Positions 1-8,143 of a DNA stretch of 28,005 bases are shown here, in pieces. The notes beneath the pieces were generated by a model. It had not been told where the DNA came from, ran no database searches, and worked only from the letters and a program-made list of their open reading frames with translations. The translations under genes and the position numbers were made by a program. The stretch comes from an uncultured archaeon (GTDB taxonomy: Archaea > Iainarchaeota > Iainarchaeia > Iainarchaeales > CSSED10-239): NCBI GenBank assembly GCA_964591795.1, contig CAZQEL010000011.1, positions 1 to 28,005 on the forward strand, given 5' to 3'. Position 1 is the first letter of the stretch, and every line of letters begins with the position of its first letter.

Positions 1-12
1 ACTTTTGGATTT

Positions 13-582
13 ATGGTATTTTTAATATTATATAAATATCCTTTTTATCTTTTAAATTCTAAAAAAAGAAAGATTGATGATGAATTTAAAAAAACAATAA
101 GACATTTAGCTGTTTTAAGAGATGATAATTTAACCATAACTGATGTTTTGAATGTTTTTAAAAACTTAGAAACTAATTTTTTTTTAAGTAAAGAAGCAAA
201 AAAAATAATTTCTTTAACAGATTATAATCATAATTTAAGAGATACTTTTAAGTCTGTAATAAATGAAAGTTTTTCTGAAATAGAAAAGAACTTTTTTAGA
301 AAATTAATAGATGTAATAGATAAGAAAGAAAATTTAGATCATGTTGTTTTAGAATTTTTAAATAATCTTGAACAGTCTAGAAGAGAAATTAGTGAACAAA
401 AGAAAAGTAGAGTTAATTTATTATTTTTAGTGTCAATATTTTTATTTTTTATATTTTTAACCATTTTAATTATTTTGTTTGTTATTCTTTCAACAAGTAT
501 TTATTTAAAACAAGCATTATTGTTTTTTTCAATTATATTTTCAGTTATAGAATTTGTGCTTGTAATTATTTTATATAAATAA
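13..582 (+). CDS. Type IV filament platform protein half (T2SS-F / TadB / FlaJ-like), probably 5'-truncated by the window edge
   Basis: Frame 1 stays open back to base 1 (TFGF precedes the first Met), so the true start is probably upstream of the window. Layout is a hydrophobic N-terminus, a soluble helical segment (DEFKKTIRHLAVLRDDNLTITDVL...) and C-terminal TM helices. This is the same layout as 13412..14158, which follows a secretion ATPase. Family call is by eye. Confidence 0.5.
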   Translation: MVFLILYKYPFYLLNSKKRKIDDEFKKTIRHLAVLRDDNLTITDVLNVFKNLETNFFLSKEAKKIISLTDYNHNLRDTFKSVINESFSEIEKNFFRKLIDVIDKKENLDHVVLEFLNNLEQSRREISEQKKSRVNLLFLVSIFLFFIFLTILIILFVILSTSIYLKQALLFFSIIFSVIEFVLVIILYK

Positions 583-588
583 AAACCA

Positions 589-1737
589 ATGAGTTATATT
601 ATGGATCCAGAAAAAAATTTTGTAAATAAACTTAATGTTAAATTACAATTATTTTTGTATAGCTATGAGTATCAAATATTAATTCTTGCGAGTATTTTTT
701 CTGGTCTTTTAATTGTTTATATTGCAAATAATTATTTTATTTATACATCTTATTACTATTATTTATTAATTTTTGGAATAATTGTAAGTTGTCTTGGATT
801 TGTTTTAGAAAATATAATTAAGCATTTTAAAAAGAAAGCAATTGAAACTTCTTTTAATTATTTTTTGCAAGATTTATCTAGAGAATATAAAATAACAAAT
901 AATATATCTTTAGCTTTAATAAATATAAATAAAGCTAACGCATATGGTTCAATTGATAGTGAAATAAAAAGAATAGCAAATAGAGTCTCTTGGGGAGATG
1001 ATTTTGAAAATGCACTATTAAGTGTTAATGAAACTATTAAAAGTCCAATTATTGATCACACTTTAGTGCTATTACATACTTTTAAGGATAGCTCAATACC
1101 TCTTGATAAAGTAATTTTTAATATTTCTAAAGACTTAACTGTTTTTAAAGAAGAAACACAAAAGAAAAAATATTTTCTTAATCTTTATTATTTATCCATA
1201 GTATTGTTTTTTGTGTTTTTATTTGTAATACTTTTTGTTAATATTTTGTTAGGTACTAACTTTTTATGGTATGGAAATGAGCAACTTGTAACTAGAATTT
1301 TTTTTGATAATTTCCTATTATATATTTCAATCTTGCTTAGTATGTTTACAGCGTTTATAATGTATTCAATTAAGGAAGAAAATAATTTTAATTTCATAAA
1401 ATATGTGTTTATATTTTTCATAATAACTCTTTTACTATTTCAAGTAGTTGTGCCAAAACCAGATGCTGAAAACGTTTTAATTGATACCTTAACGTATATG
1501 AATGCTAATAATTTGAATGATATTAGTATAGATAGTATTATTGCATTAAAGTCAATTAGTTCTAAGTATATTTTAGATAAAACTTACAGTGATACTTTGT
1601 ATTTTGTGCCAATGGACGAGAAAGATTGCGGGCTTGTCTGTGCTGAATATGTTATTTTCATTCCTGATGCAGTTTTCTTAAATTTTGAAATTATGAAAAA
1701 TGAAACTAATTTTGTAATTGCATATAAATTTATATAA
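589..1737 (+). CDS. Type IV filament platform protein half (T2SS-F / TadC / FlaJ-like) with a C-terminal non-membrane extension
   Basis: ATG lies 6 nt after the previous stop. It has an N-terminal TM pair and a soluble helical segment (ETSFNYFLQDLSREYKITNNISLALININKA...IKRIANRVSWGDDFENALLSV). More TM helices follow, then a tail of about 95 aa containing CGLVC. Confidence 0.5.
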   Translation: MSYIMDPEKNFVNKLNVKLQLFLYSYEYQILILASIFSGLLIVYIANNYFIYTSYYYYLLIFGIIVSCLGFVLENIIKHFKKKAIETSFNYFLQDLSREYKITNNISLALININKANAYGSIDSEIKRIANRVSWGDDFENALLSVNETIKSPIIDHTLVLLHTFKDSSIPLDKVIFNISKDLTVFKEETQKKKYFLNLYYLSIVLFFVFLFVILFVNILLGTNFLWYGNEQLVTRIFFDNFLLYISILLSMFTAFIMYSIKEENNFNFIKYVFIFFIITLLLFQVVVPKPDAENVLIDTLTYMNANNLNDISIDSIIALKSISSKYILDKTYSDTLYFVPMDEKDCGLVCAEYVIFIPDAVFLNFEIMKNETNFVIAYKFI

Positions 1738-1746
1738 TTCAGCAAA

Positions 1747-2097
1747 TTGATTTTTATGATTAAAGTAAATAATAAAATATTAATTAAAAATACAAAAGTA
1801 TTAAGTTCTTTAAATCAAGGATTAGGGCTTATGTTTTATCCACGTAAAAAATTTAATTTTGGTTTAATTTTTGAAAGACCAACTGAGTCAATAGTCGGTT
1901 CTTCTATACATATGATATTTGTATTTTTCCCAATTAATGTACTTTTTTTAAATTCAAAAAAAGAAATTGTAGATATTAAATTAAATTTAAAACCATTTAG
2001 ATTATATGTTCCTAAGAAAAGGGCAAAATACATTATCGAATTTCCTGTAGAAACAGATTTATCTAACATTAAATTAAAAGACAATATTTCTTGGTAG
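1747..2097 (+). CDS. DUF192 (COG1430) family protein
   Basis: The track start is TTG; ATG at 1756 (MIKVNNK) is an alternative start. GLGLMF, IHMIFVFFPINVLFLNSKKEIVDI and AKYIIEFPVE resemble the conserved blocks of DUF192 as I remember the family. Size (about 115 aa) fits. Confidence 0.6.
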   Translation: MIFMIKVNNKILIKNTKVLSSLNQGLGLMFYPRKKFNFGLIFERPTESIVGSSIHMIFVFFPINVLFLNSKKEIVDIKLNLKPFRLYVPKKRAKYIIEFPVETDLSNIKLKDNISW

Positions 2098-2220
2098 TTG
2101 TTTATATGTATTTTTTTTTAAAGCTTTTAATTTATATTAAAATTTTTATTTAAACCATATGTTTAAATTAGTTTTGTTGTTATCTATATCTATTTTTATA
2201 TAATATAAAGTAAGATATAT

Positions 2221-2754
2221 ATGGTTTTAAATAAAAAAGCAATTTCAGCTATAATTTCTGTAGTTTTATTAATTCTTGTAACTTCTGTTTTAGTTGCTGG
2301 TTTTTTATCTTGGTCTAAAGCATCTACAAGAGATAAATTAGATATTTCAAAGGATCAATTACAATCTATTTCAAACAGTGAATGTATGAAATACAATCTT
2401 GTGATTGAATCTTGTAGTCTTGATTATGATACTGGAAAGGTAACTTTACTTTTAAGAAATCCAACTCCTGTTGATTTTAAGAATCTTACTTTAACCTTAA
2501 AAGGAAAATCTCAAGGAAGTAATGAAATTTTAAAAATTTTTGGAAAGTTTGATTCTAGTGTTGATGCTGGTGAAATTAAATATTTATCAACAGATAATAA
2601 TTTTACATTTACTACAAATGATGTGAATGTATCTGAATCAAAAGTAATTGATCCATTTAACCTAAAATCATTTACTTTAACAACATCAACTTGTCCTAAA
2701 AAAGTTATAGATCTTAAAAGATGTGCTGTTAATCTTCCTGATTTTGAAACTTAA
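2221..2754 (+). CDS. Archaeal type IV pilin-like protein (class III signal peptide); ends at a TAA that is in frame with the next ORF
   Basis: N-terminus MVLNKKAISAIISVVLLILVTSVLVAGFL has a short basic leader, KKA-IS, and then about 20 hydrophobic residues. This is the archaeal prepilin (class III) signature cleaved by PibD/FlaK-type peptidases. About 150 aa of beta-rich sequence follow. Confidence 0.7.
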   Translation: MVLNKKAISAIISVVLLILVTSVLVAGFLSWSKASTRDKLDISKDQLQSISNSECMKYNLVIESCSLDYDTGKVTLLLRNPTPVDFKNLTLTLKGKSQGSNEILKIFGKFDSSVDAGEIKYLSTDNNFTFTTNDVNVSESKVIDPFNLKSFTLTTSTCPKKVIDLKRCAVNLPDFET

Positions 2755-4128
2755 ATTTTATCTCCATCTAATGCAGAAAATAAGAGAGTAAATACTTCAA
2801 TTGATTTTAATTCTAGTTATGTATTTAATGATGGAACTGTTAGTTGTGAATGGTATCAAACAATAGATAGTGGTTCTCAAGTAAGAATGAATCCTTCTGA
2901 TACAGATTGTAATACTAGTTATTCTTTTACAACTGTAGGAACTTATGATGTTTTACTTGTTGCAACAGACGATTTTAATACTTCTAATGATCAAATAACT
3001 CTTGATTTATGGGATGCTTTTTCAGGTGAAATTACAGAACCTGTTGATGGTACAAAATATAATATTAATAAAACTATTATTTTAAAGTCATTATTTGATA
3101 ATAATATGTCTATTGTTTCATGTGATTGGAGTCACAAAGAATCAGGACTTTCAACATATACTTCTTTTAGTACTGATTGTAATACAACTTATTCATTTAC
3201 AGATGTTAATAGTTTTACAATTAAATTAGATTCAAATGATATAGGTGACTCTTCTTTGTTATCTGAAACAATTGATTTAAATATTTTAGATGATTTAAAT
3301 TCAACAATAACTCCTCTTTCAAGAAGTATATGGAATAATGATGAATCAATCTCTTTTACTGGTACATATGATAATAATATTTCAACTGTTACTTGTGAAT
3401 GGGTTTCAAATTTAAGTGATGTTAATACTACAAGAGGAACTGATTGTTCATCTTTAAATTATACTTTTTCATCTACTGGAGTTTATACAGTTTTTTATAA
3501 AGTAACAGATTCAGGTACTAGTGATATTGCAATTTCAAGTGTTGATTTTAATGTTTATAATCCATTGACTGGAACCACATCTTCACCAGCATCAAGTTCA
3601 ATATATAATTTAAGTGAATCTATAACTTTTACAGTTTCTCCAAATTATAATTTAGGTGTTGTAACCTATCAATGGCAATATAATAGAGATAGTTTAGGTT
3701 GGACTGATTTTGGTACAAATTCAGTATCAATAAGTATTGGTTTTGCAACTGCAGGAACTTATCAATTTAGAGTTTCTTTAACTGATGCTGATAGAGTTTC
3801 ACCAATTAACCAAGTTTATTCAAATACTATTACTGGGGTTATTATTAGTGATCCATTATCTGTTAGTATTACTGCACCTACAACAGGAACTGCATATGAT
3901 ACTGACGCTAATATAAGTTTCACATCATCCGTTAGTAATGAAGTTTCAGGAGTATTATCATATAGTTGGGAATATAGTACTGATGAAAATAATTGGGTTG
4001 TTTTTGGAACAAGTATATCTAATCCATCCACTTCTTTTGCAACTTCAGGTACAAGATATATTAGAGTAACTGTTGAGGATGGTGCTACAAGAACTGCAAC
4101 TAGTTCTTCAATTACAGTAAGTATTTTA
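2755..4128 (+). repeat. Five tandem PKD-like domain repeats (about 88-96 codons each) at protein level
   Basis: Approximate unit boundaries are 2755-3012, 3013-3288, 3289-3558, 3559-3846 and 3847-4128. Units 1-3 share the Cys pair (VSCEW / VSCDW / VTCEW ... DCNT / DCNT / DCSS). Units 4-5 replace it (VTYQW, LSYSW) but keep F-x-T-x-G-T-Y/R. Confidence 0.7.
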
Positions 4129-4671
4129 GCTCCACCTTTAATTGATATAACTAGTTTTAGTAATTTAACAGGTTGGACAGTAGTAGGTGGAGCTGTTTCA
4201 GTTACTGGTGGGTATGTTTATAAAGATCCATGGTATGATCCAAATTCATTTGTGTTTCAAGGTTCAACAACTCAAGGTAATGTAGTTATTGAAGGTATAG
4301 TAAATGATGGTGGTAGTGGTGAAGGACAACAAATGGGTTACCTTTTTAATTATGGTAGTTCTTCAGCAACATATATATGTTATATAGATAATGATTATTA
4401 TGATGATGGACTTTATTTATATTATAATACTACACAATTAGCATCAGAAGTAGTTGGTTGGGGTGGTGTTGATTCTAGTCAATATAATATTAAAATAGAA
4501 GCTTTTGGTGATTCTAAAAAATGTAAATATTGGAAAGTTGGTGATTCTGAGCCTGATACTTGGGGAATAAGTATAACTCATTCAACAAGGAATGTTGGAC
4601 AATGGGGATTTTGGATTAAGGATGATGGTGATGGTAAAGTTCATTCAATAAAAGTTACAGATTATACTTAA
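2887..4671 (+). CDS. PKD-like repeat surface adhesin with a C-terminal concanavalin-A/LamG-like lectin domain
   Basis: The annotated Met lies inside a repeat unit, and the frame is open from 2755. No signal peptide of its own is present. The repeat signature is I-x-F...C-[ED]-W...DC-N-T-x-Y-x-F...G-x-Y-x-V...V-x-D. The C-terminal ~180 aa (GWTVVGG...GQWGFWIKDDGDGKVHSIKV) look like a beta-sandwich lectin/glucanase-like fold. Confidence 0.7.
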   Translation: MNPSDTDCNTSYSFTTVGTYDVLLVATDDFNTSNDQITLDLWDAFSGEITEPVDGTKYNINKTIILKSLFDNNMSIVSCDWSHKESGLSTYTSFSTDCNTTYSFTDVNSFTIKLDSNDIGDSSLLSETIDLNILDDLNSTITPLSRSIWNNDESISFTGTYDNNISTVTCEWVSNLSDVNTTRGTDCSSLNYTFSSTGVYTVFYKVTDSGTSDIAISSVDFNVYNPLTGTTSSPASSSIYNLSESITFTVSPNYNLGVVTYQWQYNRDSLGWTDFGTNSVSISIGFATAGTYQFRVSLTDADRVSPINQVYSNTITGVIISDPLSVSITAPTTGTAYDTDANISFTSSVSNEVSGVLSYSWEYSTDENNWVVFGTSISNPSTSFATSGTRYIRVTVEDGATRTATSSSITVSILAPPLIDITSFSNLTGWTVVGGAVSVTGGYVYKDPWYDPNSFVFQGSTTQGNVVIEGIVNDGGSGEGQQMGYLFNYGSSSATYICYIDNDYYDDGLYLYYNTTQLASEVVGWGGVDSSQYNIKIEAFGDSKKCKYWKVGDSEPDTWGISITHSTRNVGQWGFWIKDDGDGKVHSIKVTDYT

Positions 4672-4700
4672 ATATTACTTAAAAATATTAATTAGACATA

Positions 4701-4736
4701 AAAAAGTTTTGGTTTATAAACTTTTTATTGTTTTTA
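4701..4736 (+). terminator. Hairpin plus T-run downstream of the adhesin gene
   Basis: aaaaagttt (4701-4709) pairs with aaacttttt (4718-4726), giving 9 bp with an 8-nt loop. It is followed by attgttttt. Archaeal termination uses oligo-T tracts. Confidence 0.35.
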
Positions 4737-5046
4737 GTTCATTTTTACAACCTCCAAGCATATAAAAATAGTTTCGTCAATAATATATACGGTAATCTAT
4801 TACCGAATTTCACAAAAAAGGCAGAAAGAAGAAGGTAAGGGCACACTGTTATTCTAATGTGACAGATCCCTGTTCTTACTTTTCTTTATATTAAACGTAA
4901 TCTTTTAATCGATTTTTACTAAAATTATATTTATATACTTTTCTATCTATATATTATATTACATTATTACAATTTCTTTGTTATCAAATTTATTAAAAAC
5001 TAAGAAGTTTTCTAAAAATGAAAAATTTAAATTATAGGTGAATTTT

Positions 5047-5787
5047 ATGGCTTTAAGACCAGGACGTTGTTACAATCCAAAATACGAGAAAAGAGCATAT
5101 ACAAGAGTTGCAAAAAGAGTACACAGTAAAAATTATGTTGGTGGTGTACCAGCTTCAAAAGTAAGACAATATCACATGGGTTTTGGTGATAGAGATTATA
5201 CACACGTTGTGCATTATGTAACTCGTGAAAGAATACAAATTAGAGATAATGCTTTAGAAGCTGTAAGAACTACAGTTGTAAGAAACTTAACTAAAAAATT
5301 AACACAACAAAATTTTTATATGAAACTTAGAGTTTATCCTCAATTTTTCTTAAGAGAAAATAAACAAGCTCAAGGTGCTAAAGCCGACAGAATTCAACAA
5401 GGAATGAGTCAATGTCCTTTTGGAAAGGTTGTTGGTATTTGTGCAAGAGTAATTTCAAATCAAAAAATATATAGTGTTTTAGTAGATGAACCAAACGTTA
5501 AAATTGTTAAAGATATTTTTGAAAGATTAAATTCAAAACTTCCATGTAAAATGAAAGTTGTAGTTGAAGTAAACAAAGATAAATTAATTTCTGTTGGAAC
5601 AACAAAGAAAAGAAGAAAACTTGCTGAAATAGCTGAAGAAGAAAAGAAAGCTGAAGAAGCAAAAGCAATTTTAGAAAAAGACGCTGAAGGAGCAAAAGCT
5701 CCAGCTGGTAAAGATGCAAAAGCATCACCTGCAGGAAAAGATGCAAAAACAGCACCTGCAAAAAAAGATGATAAAAAGAAGAAATAG
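5047..5787 (+). CDS. rpl10e: 50S ribosomal protein uL16 (L10e) with a Lys/Ala/Pro-rich C-terminal extension
   Basis: MALRPGRCY...YVGGVP...QIRDNALEA.R...REN...GA.ADRIQQGM are classic L10e blocks. The track start GTG 5038 lies within the SD (taGGTGa); ATG 5047 follows it by 6 nt, so I use 5047. Confidence 0.9.
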   Translation: MALRPGRCYNPKYEKRAYTRVAKRVHSKNYVGGVPASKVRQYHMGFGDRDYTHVVHYVTRERIQIRDNALEAVRTTVVRNLTKKLTQQNFYMKLRVYPQFFLRENKQAQGAKADRIQQGMSQCPFGKVVGICARVISNQKIYSVLVDEPNVKIVKDIFERLNSKLPCKMKVVVEVNKDKLISVGTTKKRRKLAEIAEEEKKAEEAKAILEKDAEGAKAPAGKDAKASPAGKDAKTAPAKKDDKKKK

Positions 5788-5811
5788 TTTTTCTTCTTTT
5801 CTGATTTTTTT
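5774..5811 (+). terminator. Hairpin spanning the uL16 stop codon, followed by a T-run
   Basis: aaaagaagaaa (5774-5784) pairs with tttcttctttt (5790-5800) around the loop tagtt, then ctgattttttt. The purine/pyrimidine tract makes chance pairing possible. Confidence 0.35.
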
Positions 5812-5840
5812 ACATTCTTTAAAAAATTATTTGAAATATT

Positions 5841-7019
5841 ATGTACTTATTTTTATTTGGAAGGGATTATAAACTATCAACTTTAGAGGTTTTGTCCTAT
5901 TTTAAATCAAATAATATTTCTTATTCTTTAATTTCAACAACTACTTCTTATGCAATTTTTGATTTTAAAGGAATTAAGTTTAATTTTAAAAAAATTTTAA
6001 ACGAGTTAGGTGGAATTACAAGAATATACAGAATATTTTATAAATCTGAAAAATTCAGTGCTGATTTTTTAAATAAATTTGATGTTAATTATCCTAAAAA
6101 ATTTAATTATTCAATATCTTCTGTAAATATTACAGTTAACCAAATTCAATTTATAACAGAAACTTTTAAAGAACAATTTAAATTTGAAAAAACAAAAGCA
6201 GTTTATAAAAAACCAAAAAAACAACAGGATAAAAAAGAGAATACAATTGTTAATCCTCATAATTATTATTCTTATGGTTTAGATAAAGGTTTTGAGCTTT
6301 TTGTTGGAAAGCATTATGGTATTTATTATTATGGTATAGCAATTGAATGCTATGATCCAAAAGAATTAATTGCAAAGGACACATTAAGACCAATGCAAGA
6401 GAAATTACATTCAACTTCTTTTAGACTTACAAAAATAATGATTAATCTTTTAGGTTTAAAGAAAGGTAAAAAAATTTTAGATCCTTTTTGTGGTCTTGGT
6501 ACTTTTTTAATTGAAGGATTATATCAGGGTTATCAAGTAATTGGTATTGATAAAGATAGAGATATGGTTGTTAAATCAAAAAAAAATCTTATTTGGGCTA
6601 TTGGTAATTTTAAATTAAAAGATAATTTTACTGTTTTAAATGGGGATTCTTCAAAATTAAATTTTACAGTAGATGCTGTTGTTTTTGAACCCTATATGGG
6701 TCCTTTTATAAATAAGCTTCCAAATGCAGAAAGAGTAAATAATATTATAGGTACTTTAAAACCATTATACAGTAATTTATTTAAAAACCTATATAATAAT
6801 TTAAAACCAAAAACAAAAGTTGTATTTATTCTACCTGAATTTAAAACATATGATGGAAAAGTATTTGGAGTTACAGAAGATGTATTTTTAAGAAATGGTT
6901 TTGGTTTTTATGATTTTAAAAAAATCAATGCTACAATTGATATTAAAAATCCTGTTTTTTATCAAACTCCAAACGATTCCAAAATTAACAGGTATATATA
7001 CATTTTAGAACGTAAATAA
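5841..7019 (+). CDS. Putative tRNA (guanine-N2)-methyltransferase, Trm11/Trm-G10 (UPF0020)-like
   Basis: N-terminus MYLFLFGRDYKLSTLEVLSYF resembles the Trm11/Trm-G10 N-terminal domain. SAM motif I is ILDPFCGLGTFLIEG..GYQVIGIDKD. The motif IV position reads VFEPYMG instead of canonical DPPYG. Confidence 0.55.
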   Translation: MYLFLFGRDYKLSTLEVLSYFKSNNISYSLISTTTSYAIFDFKGIKFNFKKILNELGGITRIYRIFYKSEKFSADFLNKFDVNYPKKFNYSISSVNITVNQIQFITETFKEQFKFEKTKAVYKKPKKQQDKKENTIVNPHNYYSYGLDKGFELFVGKHYGIYYYGIAIECYDPKELIAKDTLRPMQEKLHSTSFRLTKIMINLLGLKKGKKILDPFCGLGTFLIEGLYQGYQVIGIDKDRDMVVKSKKNLIWAIGNFKLKDNFTVLNGDSSKLNFTVDAVVFEPYMGPFINKLPNAERVNNIIGTLKPLYSNLFKNLYNNLKPKTKVVFILPEFKTYDGKVFGVTEDVFLRNGFGFYDFKKINATIDIKNPVFYQTPNDSKINRYIYILERK

Positions 7020-7038
7020 TTTATAAGGTGATTAATAA

Positions 7039-7500
7039 ATGGAAAGAACATTAGTTATTTTTAAACCAGACTCATTAAACAGAGGTCTTGTAGGTGAACT
7101 TTTACATAGATTTGAAAGAAAAGGACTTAAACTTGTAGGTCTTAAAATGATTCACTTAAATGATGATTTAATAGGTCAACATTATTCTCAATTAAAAGAT
7201 AAACCATTCTTTCCTCATTTGAAAAGATTTATGCAAAGTGCTCCTTCGGTTTTAGTTGTAATTGAAGGAATGAATGCAATTACTGTTGTTAGAAATCTTG
7301 TTGGAGTTACAAAAGGTTATGAAGCTCAAGCAGGAACCATTAGAGGAGATTATTCTTTAAGTGGTCAATGTAATGTTGTACATGCTTCAGATTCACAAGT
7401 AAGTTCTGATATCGAAATTGTAAGGTTTTTCAAAGACGAAGAATTATTTTCCTATGAAAAGATTGATTTAGATTTTTTGTATTCTGTTGATGAAATGTAA
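7039..7500 (+). CDS. ndk: Nucleoside diphosphate kinase
   Basis: ERTLVIFKPD, RGLVGE...FE.KG, TIRGDY and the catalytic-His block NVVHASDS are present. SD aaGGTGa lies 8 nt upstream. Confidence 0.95.
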   Translation: MERTLVIFKPDSLNRGLVGELLHRFERKGLKLVGLKMIHLNDDLIGQHYSQLKDKPFFPHLKRFMQSAPSVLVVIEGMNAITVVRNLVGVTKGYEAQAGTIRGDYSLSGQCNVVHASDSQVSSDIEIVRFFKDEELFSYEKIDLDFLYSVDEM

Positions 7501-7596
7501 TTTTTATTTATAAAGAATACTTTTATAAATATATTATATATACAATATTATAGTATTTAATACTTAAATTAAATTAAATAAAAGGGGGCAAAATTT

Positions 7597-8049
7597 ATGT
7601 TTTCAAATATGTTATTTGCAGCAACAAATTTTGCAACAGATCCAGCTGCTATTGGTGGTTTAATGGGTTTAATTGCTGGAATGGTTGTAGTTGCAATAAT
7701 TGTTGGTATTGCTTTATACATATATATGGCTTTAGCGTTACAAACAATTGGAAAAAAATTAAATTATAAAAATAACTGGCTTGCATGGATACCTATTGCA
7801 AACTATGCAATGATATTAGAACTTGGTGGTTTTCATTGGGCATTAGTATTTTTGCTTTTAATACCATTTTTAGGTTGGGCAGCAGTTGCTGTGTTACAAT
7901 TCATTGCGCTTTGGAGAATTTTTGAAAAAAGAAATTATCCTGGATGGTTAATTTTAATACTTTTACTAAGTATTATTCCACTTTTAGGATTTTTAGCAAT
8001 AATTGCATACCTTATAATTTTTGGTATGGTAGCTTGGAAAGATAGATAA
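7597..8049 (+). CDS. Small polytopic membrane protein (paralogue A)
   Basis: SD aaGGGGG lies upstream. It has 4-5 TM helices. It shares TIGKK..Y..W.AWIP, IFEK.NYPG.L and IIP.L...A.IAYLII.G..A.K with 8144..8596. It resembles the DUF5684-type family from memory; this is unverified. Confidence 0.6.
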   Translation: MFSNMLFAATNFATDPAAIGGLMGLIAGMVVVAIIVGIALYIYMALALQTIGKKLNYKNNWLAWIPIANYAMILELGGFHWALVFLLLIPFLGWAAVAVLQFIALWRIFEKRNYPGWLILILLLSIIPLLGFLAIIAYLIIFGMVAWKDR

Positions 8050-8143
8050 TTTTCTGTTTTTCTCTTTTTTTTATTTTTCTTTTTTTAATAAGTTTCTTTT
8101 TATTACTTTTGTCTTATTATATATATAATGGGTGATTTAATTT

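Noticed and set aside
13-4671. Five consecutive ORFs (13, 589, 1747, 2221, 2887) are all in frame 1. The junctions at 582 and 1737 are single TAA codons followed by only 2-3 sense codons. This raised the idea that TAA is reassigned or generally read through.
   Set aside because: TAA terminates conserved genes at their expected ends elsewhere in the window, for example ndk at 7498-7500 and the platform ORF at 580-582. The ORFs at 589 and 1747/1756 have their own starts and complete domains. A chance probability of about (1/3)^4 is small but not compelling after looking at many features. Only the 2752-2754 junction has independent evidence (a domain cut in half), and that is reported as a finding.
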